A stretch of DNA of 64,000 nt from an uncultured delta proteobacterium (GCA_963792965.1 CAWBYW010000010.1:1-64000); one strand, 5' to 3'; positions 23,940-35,214 are shown, counted from the first letter of the stretch. Notes: generated by a model not told the origin, from the letters alone. Made by a program: numbers and translations.

Positions 23940-24587
23940 CTACTCCGGCATGACCAGCCCCCCCTCGAGGTCCCGGACGACCCCCACGACCTTGCCGACG
24001 ATGGAAAGGAGGGACGCCGCCTCGCCGACAAAGACGATCGGCTCTACAGTGGGGTTCTCGGGGAAGAGGGTCACGCCGTCGGCGTCCTTTTTGTAGCGCT
24101 TGACGGTGGCCTCACCGTCGATCAGGGCCACCACGATGTCTCCGTTTTCGGCGGCCGCCTGCGGCCTCACGAGGACCATGTCGCCGGGGGCGATGTGGGC
24201 GCCGATCATGCTGTCTCCCGAGACCTTCAACAGGAAGAGCCCACCCTCCGTGCCGGAGGTGAGCGCGCCGAGGGAGAGGTAGCCCTCGAGGCTCTCGACG
24301 GCGGTGATGGGGGAGCCCGCCGCCACGTGCCCGACGACCGGGATGCCGAGGGGACGGCGCGCGTCCGGCTCGGCGGCGACGACCCGGATGGCCCGGGCGT
24401 TGTCCTGCGCGCGCTCGATGTATCCCTTGGCGGCAAGCGCGTCCATGAAGCGCTTTGCCCCCTTGGGGCCGGATATCCGCATGGCCGCCGCGAGCTCCCG
24501 GACGGTCGGGGGATAGCCGTGCCTCTCGATGTATGCGGCGATGAACTCCAGGGCCTCTTTCTGCCGCTCGGTCAGTCCCTGTACCAT
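23940..24587 (-). CDS. lexA: LexA repressor
   Basis: LTERQKEAL...GYPPTVREL wHTH, VAAG autocleavage site, GDSM catalytic Ser, ATVKR catalytic Lys. Confidence 0.96.
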   Translation of the reverse strand: MVQGLTERQKEALEFIAAYIERHGYPPTVRELAAAMRISGPKGAKRFMDALAAKGYIERAQDNARAIRVVAAEPDARRPLGIPVVGHVAAGSPITAVESLEGYLSLGALTSGTEGGLFLLKVSGDSMIGAHIAPGDMVLVRPQAAAENGDIVVALIDGEATVKRYKKDADGVTLFPENPTVEPIVFVGEAASLLSIVGKVVGVVRDLEGGLVMPE

Positions 24588-24625
24588 AAGCGCTATACTC
24601 CTTCCGGTAAAAAGAGGGGATACCG

Positions 24626-24652
24626 GTAGGTGCCGCCCTGAAGGCAGGGCGG
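24626..24652 (+). repeat. GTAG-type REP-like hairpin in the lexA leader
   Basis: GTAG-GTG-CCGCCCTG-AAGG-CAGGGCGG. Confidence 0.5.
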
Positions 24653-24670
24653 TTACCCGCTCCCCCGAAT

Positions 24671-24720
24671 AGCCAACATATGTTACCTATAGTATAGGGA
24701 AGGGGAGGGGGACGTGTCAA
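24671..24720 (-). promoter_or_regulatory. lexA sigma70 promoter with a palindrome at the expected +1 (candidate SOS box)
   Basis: Minus strand TTGACA-18 nt-TATACT followed by ATAGGTAACATATGTTGGCT (core AACATATGTT at 24675-24684). Confidence 0.65.
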
Positions 24721-24924
24721 GGAAAAAATGACCGATCAGCGAGGTATGAAATGAAGGGCAGGCGCGTCACAGCGGACAGGATGACGGGGCTGTCCGGTAG
24801 TGCGTAACTTCGGTTAGAGGCAGTCCGCCACCATTACCATGACGGTTAATATGTCGGACACGGGTGCGAAGTCGGTGAAATATGCCCAAATAGGACGACC
24901 GGGGCCGTTTCGGGCAGCCGACCG

Positions 24925-25809
24925 CTACTTCAGGTGCTTCGGCCAAAAAATCGGCCTCCCGCTTCACGACCTGCTCGAAGGGCTTGCCGATGTAGACCGC
25001 AAAATGGCCGACATCAAGCTCCATCAGCTCGGGATGAGGCGCCCGTGCGGCGGTCTTTCGCACGGCCTGCGATCGGAATAAGGCTATCCTTTTTTGCCGC
25101 CACCACGAGCAACGGCGACGTTACCCGATTTCGCGTACCGGATCGGCCGGTACATCGTCACCGTGAGCATGATGCGGGCCGGGCACTCGTTTTTCCACGT
25201 CGAATCCTTGGGGAGGATCGCCAGGAACCCCTGCATCGCCTCGGGCGTGTTCATGACGGCAAAGGTGTCCGGGTTTCCCACCGCCGGAATATAGTAGGGG
25301 GACCGGAAGGTCGCCGCGTGGAAGAGGTCGCGCAGGCCCGCGGCCGTGGCTTTCAGGACGAATCCCACCCCAAGGGTCCCGGCCGAGGCCAGGCCGTCCA
25401 CGAAGGGAACCTGGGAGACGACGGCGCGGATATCCCGATCCCCGGCCGCGACCACGAGGACGTGCCCGCCGGAAAACGACGATCCCCATAGGGCGATGCG
25501 GCTGCCGTCCACCTCATTCATCCCACGCACGAAGGCGATGGCGGAGCGCCAGTCGGCGATGTGCCGCCGGTAGGCGACGAGGTTTCTCGGCTCACCGTCG
25601 CTTGCACCGAAGTTACGGTAGTCAAAGACGAAGGCGGCAAGCCCGCGCTTAACAAACCGCTCGGCGAACGCCGGCAGGCCGAAGGTGCGTTCCGCGGCAA
25701 AGCCGTGGCCCATGATGACCACCGGCGGCTTCTTTACCCCGTCCGGGAGATAGAGCCACGCCGCGCAGCGCGTGCCCTTGCTGTAGAAATTGATGTCTTT
25801 TCTGTTCAT
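24925..25809 (-). CDS. alpha/beta-fold hydrolase (C-terminus frameshifted)
   Basis: MGHGF, FDYRNFGASDG, GSSFSGG nucleophile elbow. The catalytic His region (LDVGHFAVY) is in ORF 24767..25063. Confidence 0.85.
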
Positions 25810-25810
25810 A

Positions 25811-27129
25811 TCACTTCTCCATAACGATCTTTCCTCCCCGCTCTTTCAGCGGATACTTGAGGAAGACCAGGAATGCCGCCAGCGCCACAACGCCTGCCAG
25901 GAGCGTGATCAATTTCAGCCCGCGCTCGGTGGGCGTCACGTCGCCCCCCACGTACATCATGAAGCCCGCCACGGGGATCGAGACGCCGATGGCGATCTTC
26001 TGGAGTATGGACTGGACGCCGAAATAGATCCCCTCCCGCCTCTTGCCGGTGAGCTTCTCGTCATAGTCGATGACGTCGGCCAAGAGCGCGATCGGCAGTA
26101 TCATGAAGCCGGCCATGAAGACCCCGACCAGCGCCATGACGATCTGCGTCTGGGCCTGGACGGAGAACGGCAGGGTGGGCGCCACGAACCACAACAACGG
26201 CATCGCAACGGCGCTCCCCAAAAGGGTCACCAGGAACATGGCGTATTTCCCGTACCTCTTGGAGAGGGCGTTGAAGACGAAGAAGAAACAAGGTTTGCCA
26301 CCAGAAGCGGCGCCATGAGGAGGGCCACCTTGTCGTCGGTCTGGCCGAGGATATACTGGTTCCAGAACGGGACGATGATGATGAAGAGGTTGAGCGAAAA
26401 CCAGAAGAGCGCGGTGGCGGCAAGGTACCAGATAAACGCCGGGTTTTTAAATGTCGTGCCTGCCCAGGTGTAGATCATCCCAAATCTGAACCGCTCGCGG
26501 GCGGCCGCGCCCCTATCCGACGGCTTTTGTCGGATAAAGAGGATCGTCGGCAGAAAGCTAATCACCGTCGCGATGAAGAGGACTACTCCTATTCCAATCC
26601 AGCCGAAGGCCTCCTTGACCGGCCCGAGGGCGACAAAGACGAAGGTGCCGACCATGAAAAAGACCGCCTGCATCGCCGAGATGTCGACGCGCTCTTTGAG
26701 GTCCGTGGTCATCTCGGGAAGGAGCGACATGTAGGGGTTGGCGACCGTAGACCAGAGGATGAAGAAGAGCTGCACGAAAACGAAGATATAGACGCCGTTG
26801 ATCCAGCTCTGCTCGTGGGGGAACGGCGGCGTCCAGAGGAGGAAGGAAACCGCGGCCACCGGCAGCAGGCCGAAGATGATGAACGGCATCCGTCGTCCCC
26901 TTTTCGAGCGCCAGTGGTCGCTCACAAACCCGATGAGGGGCTCCGTGACGCCGTCGGTGACCCTGCCCAAGAGGAAGATCAGGGAAAAGAGGATGCTCCC
27001 CACGAGCGCGTGATCCTTGGAGGGGACGTAGAGCTTGAGGAGCCACTGAGAGATCGCGAGGTTTGCGAGGTTGAGCGCAAGCCCCCCCATGGAGTAGGAA
27101 AGCTTCTTTGAGAACGGTAGCTGGCCCAT
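25811..27129 (-). CDS. MFS transporter, GPH (MelB-like) sugar family (frameshift near 26280)
   Basis: GRVTDGVTEPLIGFVSD..RSKRGRRMPF and LADVIDYDEKLTGKRREGIYFG, with multiple TMs. Confidence 0.9.
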
Positions 27130-27144
27130 GTTCGGGGTCCTCCT

Positions 27145-28631
27145 TTAGCTATCCGATTGTCGACGTAATTTCCAGGCAGAAAGCGATGTGAGGTGAAGGT
27201 GTCCGCGCCGCGAAAAGAGGCGCACCCTGTCGTAGGGGGCGCGCGGGAAGACGAGCTCGGTCATGACGGTTTTGCCGCCGCACGCGAAGACCTCGACGGA
27301 GCACCGGTCAACCAGGATTCGCAGCGCCACATGTCCATCATGGATGCCCAGCGGGGCGCTATGCCTGCCGGGGAATCGCTTCGAAAATTCCATAATGCCG
27401 GATCGTGTCCGATCGAAATATAACCGGCCGGCCGGGACATCACAGCCGACCAGCGGCGGCGTCACCACGGTCATTTTCGAGCGAGATCTCGAACTGGGCG
27501 TCGGGCCCGGCCTCCCATTCGGCGGCGATCTCGTAGCTCCCGCCCGTCAGCTCGTCCCCCCGGATGATCCGGTCGCCGTCGATGGTCTGGTCCGTGAGAA
27601 AAAGCCCGCCCCTCCCGCATTCGCGCGAGCTCCGCCACGGGCTGGGCAGCGATCGACGATCCTGCCGTCCGCTTCGGTGAGCGTGAGGACCCTCGGTGTG
27701 GTCATCGCGCCGCGCCAGGGGGCGGTCGGGTGTCTTCTGGGCGTAGTCCCAGTTGCTCATCCACCCGACGAAGATGCGTCGCCCGTCGGCTTCGGGAACG
27801 TTATTATAGGTGATCCCCGCGTAGTTGTCCGCGCCCCAGTCGAGCCACCGGACCGTATCGGGGGTATCGGCGTTGACGAACGTCTCTCCGTCAAACTCCC
27901 CGACGAAGTACTGGGTCCCCGAGCCCCCGGCGGGCGCGCGCTTTTGGACGCTCACGAGCATCACCCATTTCTTTTTCTTTTCGTCGCCGTCAACGGGGAG
28001 CTCGAAGAGGTCGGGGCACTCCCATACGCCCGCGTGGGAGCCGTCGTGTCTGCCGAACTGGCCCGAAAGGGTCCATTTGAGGAGATCGGGCGAGCGATAA
28101 AACCGGATCCACTTTCCGGCGGTCAGCGCCAAGATCCAGGACCGGGTCTTTTCATGGTAGAAGACCTTCGGGTCGCGGAAGTGGATCGAAAGGGGGTTTT
28201 TGATCACGGGGTTACCGGGGTATTTCTTCCACGTGAGGCCCCCGTCGACGCTTGACGCGACGCTCTGGCGCTGGAGCCCCCATCTGAAGTGCGTGAAGAT
28301 CGCGACGAGCGGCCCGCCCCGTCCCCTCCCGAGGCCGCTCGTATCGCCGCGGTCTACGACGACGCTTCCCGAGAAGACCGTCCCGAGCGGGTCAGGAAAG
28401 AGCGCAATGGGGAGGTGTCGCCACGTGACGAGATCCACGCTCGTGGCATGACCCCAGTGCATCGTCGCCCCATTTAATTCCGTTTGGGTTGTACTGATAG
28501 AAGAGATGAAAGAGGCCGTGGTGATAGACGAGCCCGTTGGGATCGTTCATCCAGTTGGCCTCGGGCGTGAAATGAAACCGGGGACGATACACGTCATGAG
28601 ACGACGCGTCGGATCTACTCAATGCAGACAT
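27145..28631 (-). CDS. GH32 beta-fructofuranosidase/levanase (frameshifted)
   Basis: [43 protein letters not shown] and the C-terminal [10 protein letters not shown]. No signal peptide; ATG at 28631. Confidence 0.93.
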
Positions 28632-28690
28632 AAACCTTCTTTCCCAGGCGGAACCTGAAGAGCGCCCGGCGAAACGCCCCCGTAGGCCCG

Positions 28691-30563
28691 TCAGACGAGG
28701 GTTACCTCGTACTTCATGGTGTATCGGGCCAGGATGTCGTCGATGCGTCCCGTGATCTTCTCCGCCGTGACGCCGGGCTTGGGCCTCACGGTGATGCGGG
28801 CGATCTTGCCGAAGAGCCTGTCCTCCCCCACCGCCACCGAGACGGAGTCGGAGAGGTCCGAGAGCGCCTCGAGCTCCTTTTCGTATACGCGCCGGGCTGC
28901 GTCCCACACGAGCGGCGGCTTGTAGAGCTTGCCGATCGGGGTTAGGGGCAGCTTATCGACAATATAGACCTCTTTGGGGACCGCGGCCCGCTCGGGGATC
29001 TGCTTTTTTGCATACGCAAGGATTTCCTCGGGCGTCGCGCTTGTCCCTTCCTTGAGCTCCACGTAGGCCACGGGCACCTCGCCGGCGTAGGCGTCGGGCC
29101 GCGCCACTGCGGCCACGAGCCGGACCTGGGGCATTTTAAAGAGGGGCTCCTCGATGGCCGCCGGATCGATGTTGTGCCCGCCCCGTATGATGAGCTCCTT
29201 TTTCCTGCCGGTCAGCCAGAAGTAGCCTTCCTTATCCATCCTGCCGAGGTCCCCGGTATTCAGCCAGCCGTCCGCGACCCAGAGGCCCTTGTTATGGATT
29301 TCCTCGACATACCCCTTGAAGATATTGGGACCCTTGAGCACGATGCTCCCGATCTCCCCGGGCGCGGCGTCGCGAAGGTATTTTCCCTCCTCATCGAGGA
29401 TCACGACCTTCATTTCTTCATATGGGAGACGAAGGCCTATGGAGCCGACGCGGCGCTCGCCGTCCTTGGGGTTGACGGAGGCCCCGGCGGCCGATTCCGT
29501 CAGCCCGTACCCCTCGAGGATCTTCAGGCCCGTGTAGTCTTCAAAGCGTCTGAAGAGCTCGACCGAGAGGGGCGCCGCGCCGCAGATCGCGTACTTAAGG
29601 CACGAGATGTCCGCATCTCCCTTCGGCGTCTCCAACAGCACCGAGAGGATCGTCGGGACGCTGGAGAAAAAGGTCCCGCGGTACTTCTCGATGATCCTGA
29701 AGAAGTTTGGGAGGATGCCGGGGTCACGATATCCCTGGGGCGAGAGGAGCACCACTTGCGCGCCCCACCAGAAGGGGGCGAGCCCCGTGACGATCGTCCC
29801 GTTGACATGAAAGAGGGGGAGCCCGCACATGACGACGTTTTCGGGGGTGATGCCCGCCATGAGGCCCATGACGAAGGCGTTGGAGAGCTCGTTATAGTGG
29901 GTCCTGCGCGCGAGCTTCGGCGTTCCGGTGGTGCCGCCGGTGTGGTAGAGGGAGGCGATATCGTCGGGCTCAATAACCCGCTTGAACGTGAGGGCATCGG
30001 AAGGATACTCGGCAAGCTTCTCGTCGAGGTTGAAGATCCCCTTTGCCGTGTCGGTTGTACCCCAGCAAGACGAGGATATTCTTGAGAGTAGGGATGTCGT
30101 CCTTAATCGCCTGGACCTTCTTCCATATCTCCGAGCCCGGCACGTCGCCCAGCGCCACCAGCACCTTCGTGCCGGCCGCCCGGCAGATATCCCGGATAGC
30201 CGCGGACTCAAGGAGGGGGTTGATCGGGTTGACGATCCCCGCCGCCTCGGCCCCCCACAGGACGTAGTGGGTCTGCGGGACGTTGGGGAGGAGATAGGTC
30301 ACCACGTCGTCCGGCCCGATCCCGAGATTGTGAAAGCAGTTCGCGGCCTGATTGACACGGGCTATGAGGGTGGCGTATGATACCGATATCGGGTTTTCGT
30401 ACTGGTCACCGGTCAGGATGAAGTTGATGGCGACGGCGTCGGGGTCCACCGAGGCTCCCACCGTGAGCGCCTCGTAGGTGCTTTTCTCTGTGAAGCGCTC
30501 GGCCAGAGGCACGCGCTCGATGGTCCGGATGTCCGTCAGGTTTCTGATGGTGAATTCCTTCAT
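28691..30563 (-). CDS. acyl-CoA synthetase (AMP-binding; frameshift near 30060)
   Basis: [52 protein letters not shown]. Confidence 0.92.
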
Positions 30564-30750
30564 GCGCCGCTCCTTGGATAATACGGATATGAGGTCTGAA
30601 TCTATTATCTACCGTAAGTCGATCGTCGTGTCAATACGAGAAATGACCGAAAAGGCGCACGTAATGAACAGGCGTGCCGTGCGCGGAGTTTCCGCGTTTC
30701 TCTGAAATGGAAAAAAACCGCCGCACCGCCTCATTTTTTTGTAAAAGAAT

Positions 30751-30832
30751 TTGACAAGGAAAGGCAACTTCTGTAAAAATAGGATAACAAGAATAATTGT
30801 GAGCATTTCGTAGTCGTTATACTTGTATACAA
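30751..30832 (+). promoter_or_regulatory. sigma70-like promoter with a downstream GntR-family operator
   Basis: TTGACA-17 nt-TAAAAA at 30751-30779; ATACTTGTATACAA at 30819-30832. Confidence 0.5.
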
Positions 30833-30934
30833 TCCGTTCCACACTTAAGAATAGATCGACACAGAATCTCCCCACCGGGAACAGCCCAATAAACGGAGAA
30901 GTGCCTTTTCCACGGACCAGAGCGGAGGCAGGCG

Positions 30935-32569
30935 ATGGGCAAACGGGGCTACGATATCCCGAAGTTCGACGTTCCCCACTTCGATTACTACTGGCAATAC
31001 GTCGACTACTGGGGCGCAATCGATCCGGCGTTTCCCTCTCTCCGGGAAGGCGACCGGACGATCACGGCAGGCGACCTCAAAGAGGCGGCGGGGCGACTCG
31101 CGCAGGGGTTCATCCACCTCGGCGTCAAGAAAGGCGACCGGATCGTCTCAATCATACCGACCGGGATCAACTTCGTCTTGACGCTCGTGGCAAGCAGCAT
31201 GATCGGCGCGATCCTCGTCCCCATGGACGTGAAGTTTCGCACCAGAGACCTCGAGCGTTTTCTCTCGCACGCCCACCCCTCCCTCATCCTTTCGGTTGTG
31301 GGAGTCAAAGATTTCAACCACGTCGAAAAGCTCAGGGGGCTCGGGGACCAATTCCGGGGGATCACGAAGGTGCTGGTCGGCTCGCGGGAATTCGGCTCTT
31401 CATTCGAGGACCTTCTCACCAAGACGTTCGATCTGGACAAGGAACTTGAAGCGCGGAAGAAATCACTCTCGCCCGAGGACGGCTCCCTCATTATCTTCAC
31501 GGGTGGGACGACGGGCGTGCCGAAGGCGGCGCTCCTCAACCATATCAACACGGCCTTCATGTCTTACATAGAGTACGGCTTTTTCCGCCGGACGCTTTCT
31601 CAAATCGGCGTTAGCGGCCGGATCAAGTCCCTTGCGGCGCTGCCGCCCAGCCACGTGGGAGGGACGGTGGAGCTTCTCGGCATGCCGCTCGTGGGCGGAT
31701 TTGAGATCATCCTCATGGACGACTGGAGCCCGTACAAGGTGCTGGAAGTCACCGCAAACGAGAAGATCCCCTGGATCGGCGGGGTGCCGACAATGTACGC
31801 GATCCTCCTCTCGCTGCCGGATCTCGATAAATTCGACCTTTCCGGCGTCAGGCTCGCGGCCCTCGGGGGAGAGCGGGTATCCCTGGAGCTGGCCGAAGGG
31901 ATTAGAAAGAAAATAGCCCCGAACATCGTCTGCGGCTATGGGAGCACCGAGGCGGGGTCGGCGGTCTCCTATACCGAGCCGGGCGATGACCCTGCCGCAA
32001 TCGACGAGGGGTACGTCGGCAAACCGTTTCCCACGGTGACGCTGAAGGTCGTGGATGAGAAGGGAAAGAAGCTCAAGGCACGACAGCCCGGGGAGCTGAT
32101 CATCGGCGGGCCCCTCGTGATCCCCGGATACTACAACATGCCCGAGGAGGACAAGGCCGGATTCACGACCGATGGGTGGTGCAAAACGGGCGACCTCGCC
32201 TACCTCACCGAGGACGACGGCATCTACATCAAAGGGAGGATCAAGCAGATCATCCGGGTGGGGAGCTATACCGTCCTTCCCACCGAGATCGAAGAGGTCG
32301 CGATGCAATATCAGAACGTGGGACTGACCGCCGCCATCGGCGTGCCGGACAAGATATACGGAGAGGTCGTATGGCTCTACGTCGCTCCCGTCTGGGGTAC
32401 GAAAGTGGATGTCGACGGACTTGCGGCCCACCTCTCGGAAAATCTGGCCAAGTTCAAGGTGCCCAGAAGGATCATCATCAAAGACGATATACCGATCACC
32501 CGGATTGGGAAATCGGATCGCACGAGGCTCAGAAACGAAGTCCTCGCGTCATTAGAGGGGAAGCCATAG
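30935..32569 (+). CDS. class I adenylate-forming enzyme (acyl/aryl-CoA ligase)
   Basis: FTGGTTGVPKAA, GYGSTE, KTGDL, PITRIGKS; intact ORF with GGAGG RBS. Confidence 0.92.
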   Translation: MGKRGYDIPKFDVPHFDYYWQYVDYWGAIDPAFPSLREGDRTITAGDLKEAAGRLAQGFIHLGVKKGDRIVSIIPTGINFVLTLVASSMIGAILVPMDVKFRTRDLERFLSHAHPSLILSVVGVKDFNHVEKLRGLGDQFRGITKVLVGSREFGSSFEDLLTKTFDLDKELEARKKSLSPEDGSLIIFTGGTTGVPKAALLNHINTAFMSYIEYGFFRRTLSQIGVSGRIKSLAALPPSHVGGTVELLGMPLVGGFEIILMDDWSPYKVLEVTANEKIPWIGGVPTMYAILLSLPDLDKFDLSGVRLAALGGERVSLELAEGIRKKIAPNIVCGYGSTEAGSAVSYTEPGDDPAAIDEGYVGKPFPTVTLKVVDEKGKKLKARQPGELIIGGPLVIPGYYNMPEEDKAGFTTDGWCKTGDLAYLTEDDGIYIKGRIKQIIRVGSYTVLPTEIEEVAMQYQNVGLTAAIGVPDKIYGEVVWLYVAPVWGTKVDVDGLAAHLSENLAKFKVPRRIIIKDDIPITRIGKSDRTRLRNEVLASLEGKP

Positions 32570-32627
32570 GGACCCATACTCACTTATTCACGTTGAATCT
32601 GCTGGACCGCTCTACCGGGGAGGAAAC

Positions 32628-33521
32628 ATGTCCGAAAGAAACAAAAAGCGTCGGGTCATCGACTGCGCCGTCACGCCCCCTTTCAAGGAATTCTTCATCA
32701 ACCCTTCTTACTTGAAGGACTATTTTCGTGTATACGGGCCCGAGGTCGAACAGGGGTTGGCCGCGCTCCTGAAAACGGAATGGACGGCCGACTCGTTCAT
32801 CAAGCTGTTGGACGCGGAGGGGGTCGATGTGGCCGTAATCCGCTCGCGGGACATCGAGACCTCGTTCGGGATGAAGATCCCGGATGAGGCATGCGCCGAC
32901 TTAATGCGGCAATACCCCGACCGGCTCATAGGGTTGGCGGGGGCGGACCCGCTCAAGGGAAAGGCCGCGCTGGAGGGGCTCGAACACGCGATAAAGGACC
33001 TCGGCCTCAAGGGCATCGATCTCTGGACCTACGAATACAATCTTCCCGCATCCGACCGCACCTACTACCCGCTCTATGAAAAATGTCTCGAGCTGGGTGC
33101 CGTGGTCTTTATCGAATCTTCCATGCACTTTCGGCGGGACGCCCGGATGGACGTCTGCCGGCCCCTCCACCTGGACTATGTCGCGGTGGACTTCCCCGAG
33201 CTGAAGATCGTCGGGAGCACGCCCGGCTTTCCGTGGGTGGCCGAGCTCATGGCCGTCTCGTGGAGACATCCCAACGTCTTTGTTAGCACCTCCTCGGTCC
33301 GTCCCAAATACCTCGGCAAGCCCAACTCGGGCTACGAGACGCTGTTGCAGCTGGGAAACAGTGTCCTTGCTGATAAGATCATGTACGCGTCCGGGTGGCC
33401 GATGCTCTCTATGAAAATAGGGGCCGATGAAATAAGGGAGCTGCCGCTGCGCAAAGAGGTCAAGGATAAATGGCTCTATCACAACGCGGCGCGTCTCTTC
33501 GGGCTTGAGGAGACGGCGTGA
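32628..33521 (+). CDS. amidohydrolase-2-like TIM-barrel protein
   Basis: YPDRLIGLAGADP, YYPLYEKCLELG, DFPELKIV...GFPW, RHPNVF, WLYHNAARLF. Confidence 0.85.
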   Translation: MSERNKKRRVIDCAVTPPFKEFFINPSYLKDYFRVYGPEVEQGLAALLKTEWTADSFIKLLDAEGVDVAVIRSRDIETSFGMKIPDEACADLMRQYPDRLIGLAGADPLKGKAALEGLEHAIKDLGLKGIDLWTYEYNLPASDRTYYPLYEKCLELGAVVFIESSMHFRRDARMDVCRPLHLDYVAVDFPELKIVGSTPGFPWVAELMAVSWRHPNVFVSTSSVRPKYLGKPNSGYETLLQLGNSVLADKIMYASGWPMLSMKIGADEIRELPLRKEVKDKWLYHNAARLFGLEETA

Positions 33522-33693
33522 GATGGGGAGGGACCTATTGTATGTTATTGCGCAGCCGAAGCCTCAATAAAGGATACAAGCCGGGATACGCCGATATCCT
33601 CGCATGGTCAAACGCACCGTTCTCGTTCTCATTCAAAATCGGTGCCCCGCGCACGTGAGGCCAAGATAAACGAGTCTTGAAAGGAGTCCTGCC

Positions 33694-35148
33694 ATGTCAA
33701 ATATCGATCTTATCGTCATCGTCCTCTATTTCGTCTTTATCCTTATCGTCGGCGTCGTGAGCTACCGTAAAGTTAAGAACGAGGCCGACTATTCGCTGGC
33801 GGGGAGGTCGCTGGGCTATCCGACCCTCATCGGCGCGATCACGGCCACGGCCATCGGCGCCGGGGCGACCCTCGGCACGGGGGGCCTCTCCTACAGGGTC
33901 GGGATCGTGGCCCTCTGGAGCATCATCGCCTACTCGCTGGGGCTCCTCGGGTTTTCCGTTATCGCCGGGGTCATCAGGAGGATAAAATACTGGACCATTC
34001 CCGAAGTCCTGCACGCCCGCTACGGGAACACGACGCGCGTCATCTCGGCGGTCTTCCTGCTCTTAGGGCTCGTGGCGCTCTTCGGCGTCCAGGTGGCCGC
34101 CCTCGGGACGGTTTTTACCGCCGTCGGGGGAACCCTCTGGGGCGTTACCTATAGCCAGGCGGTGCTTATCGCCGGGGGGGTGATGATCATCTACACGTTC
34201 GCCGGCGGGATGTTCGCCCTTGCCTATACCGAGATCGTCCAGGCGATTCTGTTGCTCACGATCCTTGGGGTGATGCTGCCGATTTTTCTCTTCAAGGGGA
34301 CGGGTGTCGGCGAAATGGCGGCAAAGCTCCCCGCCCACATGCTCAATTTTGTCGGTGGCGTTCCCCTCCACGAGCTTATCGGCTGGTTTCTCACCCTCAT
34401 CCCGGTATGCTTTATCGATGTCTCTCTCTGGCAGCGGGCCTCCTCAGCGCGGGACGAGCACGTTGCCCGGCGAAGCATCATCGTCTCCACATTCCTTTAT
34501 TTCGGCTACAGCGTCTCGATCGTCCTGGTGGGAATGCTCGGCCTTTACCTCTACCCGTCGCTCGCCGCTACCTACGGCACGTCGGATGTGGTCATCCCCA
34601 TCCTCATCATGAAGCACCTTCCCACCGTGATGATCGGCCTGTCGCTTGCTGCGATCCTTGCCGTCGTCATGTCCACCGCGGCCAGCGTCCTGATGGTGGC
34701 CGGCATGACCGTCTCCCGCGACGTGGCGCGGCTGATCAAACCCTCCCTCAGCGAGAGGATGGGGCTCTTGACCGCGCGGATCGCGGTCGTCGCCATCGGG
34801 ATCTTCGGCATCACGTTTGCGCTCCTGATGAAGGGGATCTTTGATATGATGCTCCTCTCGTTTGCGATCTTCATCGCGGTCGGATTTATCCCGACGATGG
34901 CGGCGCTGTTCTGGAAGAAGGCGACCAACGCCGGGGCGATCGCGAGTATGTTCGGGGGCGGCGTTACCGTGGTGGCGCTCTACGGCCTGAAATTTACGGT
35001 CGGCCTCCCGGACTGGATCGAGCCGATAGCGGGTGCTCTGGTTGTCGGTTTCATCCTCTTGTACGTTGTGAGCATCTCTACGTATAAGGCCGGCGTCACG
35101 CCGCGGGAGCTGTCGTACAGGGGCAAGGAGAAAGGTCGGCGGAAGTAA
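33694..35148 (+). CDS. sodium:solute symporter (SSS family)
   Basis: DYSLAGRSLG, TIPEVLHARYG, YTFAGGM, WQRASSAR, AVVMSTA; many TMs. Confidence 0.92.
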   Translation: MSNIDLIVIVLYFVFILIVGVVSYRKVKNEADYSLAGRSLGYPTLIGAITATAIGAGATLGTGGLSYRVGIVALWSIIAYSLGLLGFSVIAGVIRRIKYWTIPEVLHARYGNTTRVISAVFLLLGLVALFGVQVAALGTVFTAVGGTLWGVTYSQAVLIAGGVMIIYTFAGGMFALAYTEIVQAILLLTILGVMLPIFLFKGTGVGEMAAKLPAHMLNFVGGVPLHELIGWFLTLIPVCFIDVSLWQRASSARDEHVARRSIIVSTFLYFGYSVSIVLVGMLGLYLYPSLAATYGTSDVVIPILIMKHLPTVMIGLSLAAILAVVMSTAASVLMVAGMTVSRDVARLIKPSLSERMGLLTARIAVVAIGIFGITFALLMKGIFDMMLLSFAIFIAVGFIPTMAALFWKKATNAGAIASMFGGGVTVVALYGLKFTVGLPDWIEPIAGALVVGFILLYVVSISTYKAGVTPRELSYRGKEKGRRK

Positions 35149-35214
35149 TTAACTCGCACACGCGAACTCATGTAGGCCGTCCCTAAGACGGCGTCCTCGA
35201 AGAAGAAGTGATAC

